Shown here: piece after piece, positions 25,714 to 27,121 of the stretch
Numbering within the stretch: position 1 is the stretch's first letter
How the letters are laid out: each line of letters starts with the position of its first letter
DNA from: a virus
Lineage: Duplodnaviria > Caudoviricetes
DNA length: 27,121 nt
IMG/VR virus record: IMGVR_UViG_3300025637_000049
Span: 1 to 27,121 of that record
Strand: one strand, 5' to 3'
The notes under the pieces: generated by a model
What the model saw: only the letters and a program-made list of their open reading frames with translations
The model's database searches: none
Told to the model about the DNA's origin: nothing
Translations under genes and position numbers: made by a program

Positions 25714-27057
25714 TTACTCTCCCATTAATAATTTATGTACGTCATCTTGTACTTTGGTTTTACTACCTAGTACGTCAACAACACGCTCGTCTAGGGTTTT
25801 GCTGGCTACCAGTATGTAGCACAAAACCATTTTACTGGCCTGCCCTTGCCGATACAACCTATCCTTAGTTTGAATGTACCATTCAAGGTTCCAAGTAACA
25901 CTGAACCAAACCATGTGGTGACAGTTACCGTGGATGTTTAAACCATGGCTGCTCCCACTGTGCATGACTAAGTAAGGGATATTACCTGCATTAAAGTCTT
26001 GCTGTATTATCTCATACTTTCTGCCAGTCACACCTGTTATACAAACGGCAGTCTTACCCAGCATTTTCATTATGCGGTCTCTGTCATGTGTAAACTCATA
26101 CACGACTATCAGCGGCTGCCCATTTGTTTCCTCTACTATTTCCTCTAGTGCCTGCATCTTGGCTTCATGTACGGCCAGCACTTCCTTATTTTCATCAAAG
26201 ACTGCGCCGTTGGCCATCTGCCTGCACTTAGTTCCTGCTGCTGCGGCATTGGCCGCCACAATAGTTCCACCCTGTAGCTCGGCTATAAAGTCTTTTTCTA
26301 TTTCCTTGTATTGCTTTAGGGCTTTTTCTGGTAGGTCTACCCTCCTGATTATTTTGTTAAACTCAGGCATGTCTAGGTAGTCTTCTGCATTTAACCTTAG
26401 CGTCATGGGCGCTATCTTCTTGGCTATCTCGTCAGCAGCTTGGGGGAATGGCTCGTATGTGTAACCGCCAAACCCCGTCTGGTGAAAATACTTATTCTTG
26501 TAGTGCGTGACGTACTTACCCAAAGACTCACCTAAGTCCATCAAGAACACTTGGCTAAACAAATCTAGCAACCCATTAGGTACGAACGTGCCAGTTAATA
26601 TCCACCTGTAGTCAAACTTTGTTAGGTGCTTTTTAAAAGACTTAAAGCGTTTACTACTTGAGCTTTTAAACTTGGTGCTCTCGTCTATACATAGTATGTC
26701 AAAGTCTGGCCACTTGGCTTGGTCACACAACCACTGCACACCTTCTGGGTTTATAAGGTATATGTCTGCTTCTTCATGCAAGGCTTCTGCCTTACCTGCA
26801 CCATGCAATGTCTTAAATTTAAGGTGCTGTAGGTGATCCCACTTTTCAGCCTCTTGCCGCCATGTGCCATACATCGGTTTAATGGGGGCTACCACCAGCA
26901 TTTTCTTGGCATGGCCTGCATCCTTTAAAATGTCAAAAGCGCATAGGGTTATTACAGTCTTACCCATTCCAGGATCTAGTAGTAACCCAGCGCCACCACT
27001 GTCTTTTGTCAGTAGCTCTATACCTCTTTGCTGGTAGTTGTGTGGACTATATTGCAT
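25714..27057 (-). CDS. SNF2-family (SF2) phage helicase
   Basis: Q motif HNYQQRG, DPGMGKT, IDEST, LTGT, HGLNI, QTKDRLYRQGQ. Confidence 0.92.
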   Translation of the reverse strand: MQYSPHNYQQRGIELLTKDSGGAGLLLDPGMGKTVITLCAFDILKDAGHAKKMLVVAPIKPMYGTWRQEAEKWDHLQHLKFKTLHGAGKAEALHEEADIYLINPEGVQWLCDQAKWPDFDILCIDESTKFKSSSSKRFKSFKKHLTKFDYRWILTGTFVPNGLLDLFSQVFLMDLGESLGKYVTHYKNKYFHQTGFGGYTYEPFPQAADEIAKKIAPMTLRLNAEDYLDMPEFNKIIRRVDLPEKALKQYKEIEKDFIAELQGGTIVAANAAAAGTKCRQMANGAVFDENKEVLAVHEAKMQALEEIVEETNGQPLIVVYEFTHDRDRIMKMLGKTAVCITGVTGRKYEIIQQDFNAGNIPYLVMHSGSSHGLNIHGNCHHMVWFSVTWNLEWYIQTKDRLYRQGQASKMVLCYILVASKTLDERVVDVLGSKTKVQDDVHKLLMGE

Positions 27058-27121
27058 TTAACTCTGCCTCTAAAAAATCTATACATTCTTCTGCACTGTC
27101 ATACCATTTGGTTATGACGTA
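27047..27121 (-). CDS. C-terminus of a probable VRR-NUC nuclease (partial)
   Basis: YVITKWYDSAEECIDFLEAELNAI* overlaps the helicase start. The ending and the position upstream of a SNF2 helicase are typical of VRR-NUC genes. Confidence 0.5.
   Translation of the reverse strand, partial: YVITKWYDSAEECIDFLEAELNAI

Noticed and set aside
22445-26380. Plus-strand ORFs within the modification/helicase block
   Set aside because: Antisense shadows of motif-bearing minus-strand genes.
1-27121. Alternative genetic code, tRNA genes, integrase or introns
   Set aside because: Genes tile compactly under the standard code with all three stop codons used, and no such elements were recognised.

Overview
Segment of a lytic, short-tailed (podovirus-type) dsDNA phage genome. 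The + strand (351-21292) carries a continuous morphogenesis block: P-loop kinase, terminase small and large subunits, portal, scaffold, major capsid, an embedded lysis cassette, P22/T7-type tail adaptor and nozzle, a GNAT-like protein, ejection proteins and a modular tail fibre. The convergent - strand block carries a partial VRR-NUC-like gene, a SNF2-type helicase, a small DNA-binding-like protein with its own promoter and terminator, and a translationally coupled five-gene thymine-modification operon: TAGT/JGT-like glycosyltransferase, 5-hmdU DNA kinase-like protein, dUMP hydroxymethylase, DUF3310 kinase and 2OG-Fe(II) oxygenase. No amino acid:DNA transferase is visible. Three signals stand out: (1) this operon, which suggests a sugar-based hypermodified thymine; (2) near-total absence of GA/TC dinucleotides in positions 1-278, ending sharply before the terminase operon; (3) three tandem hairpins with an identical 16-nt core and covarying stems in the capsid leader. 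All family assignments come from motif recognition by eye, not database searches.
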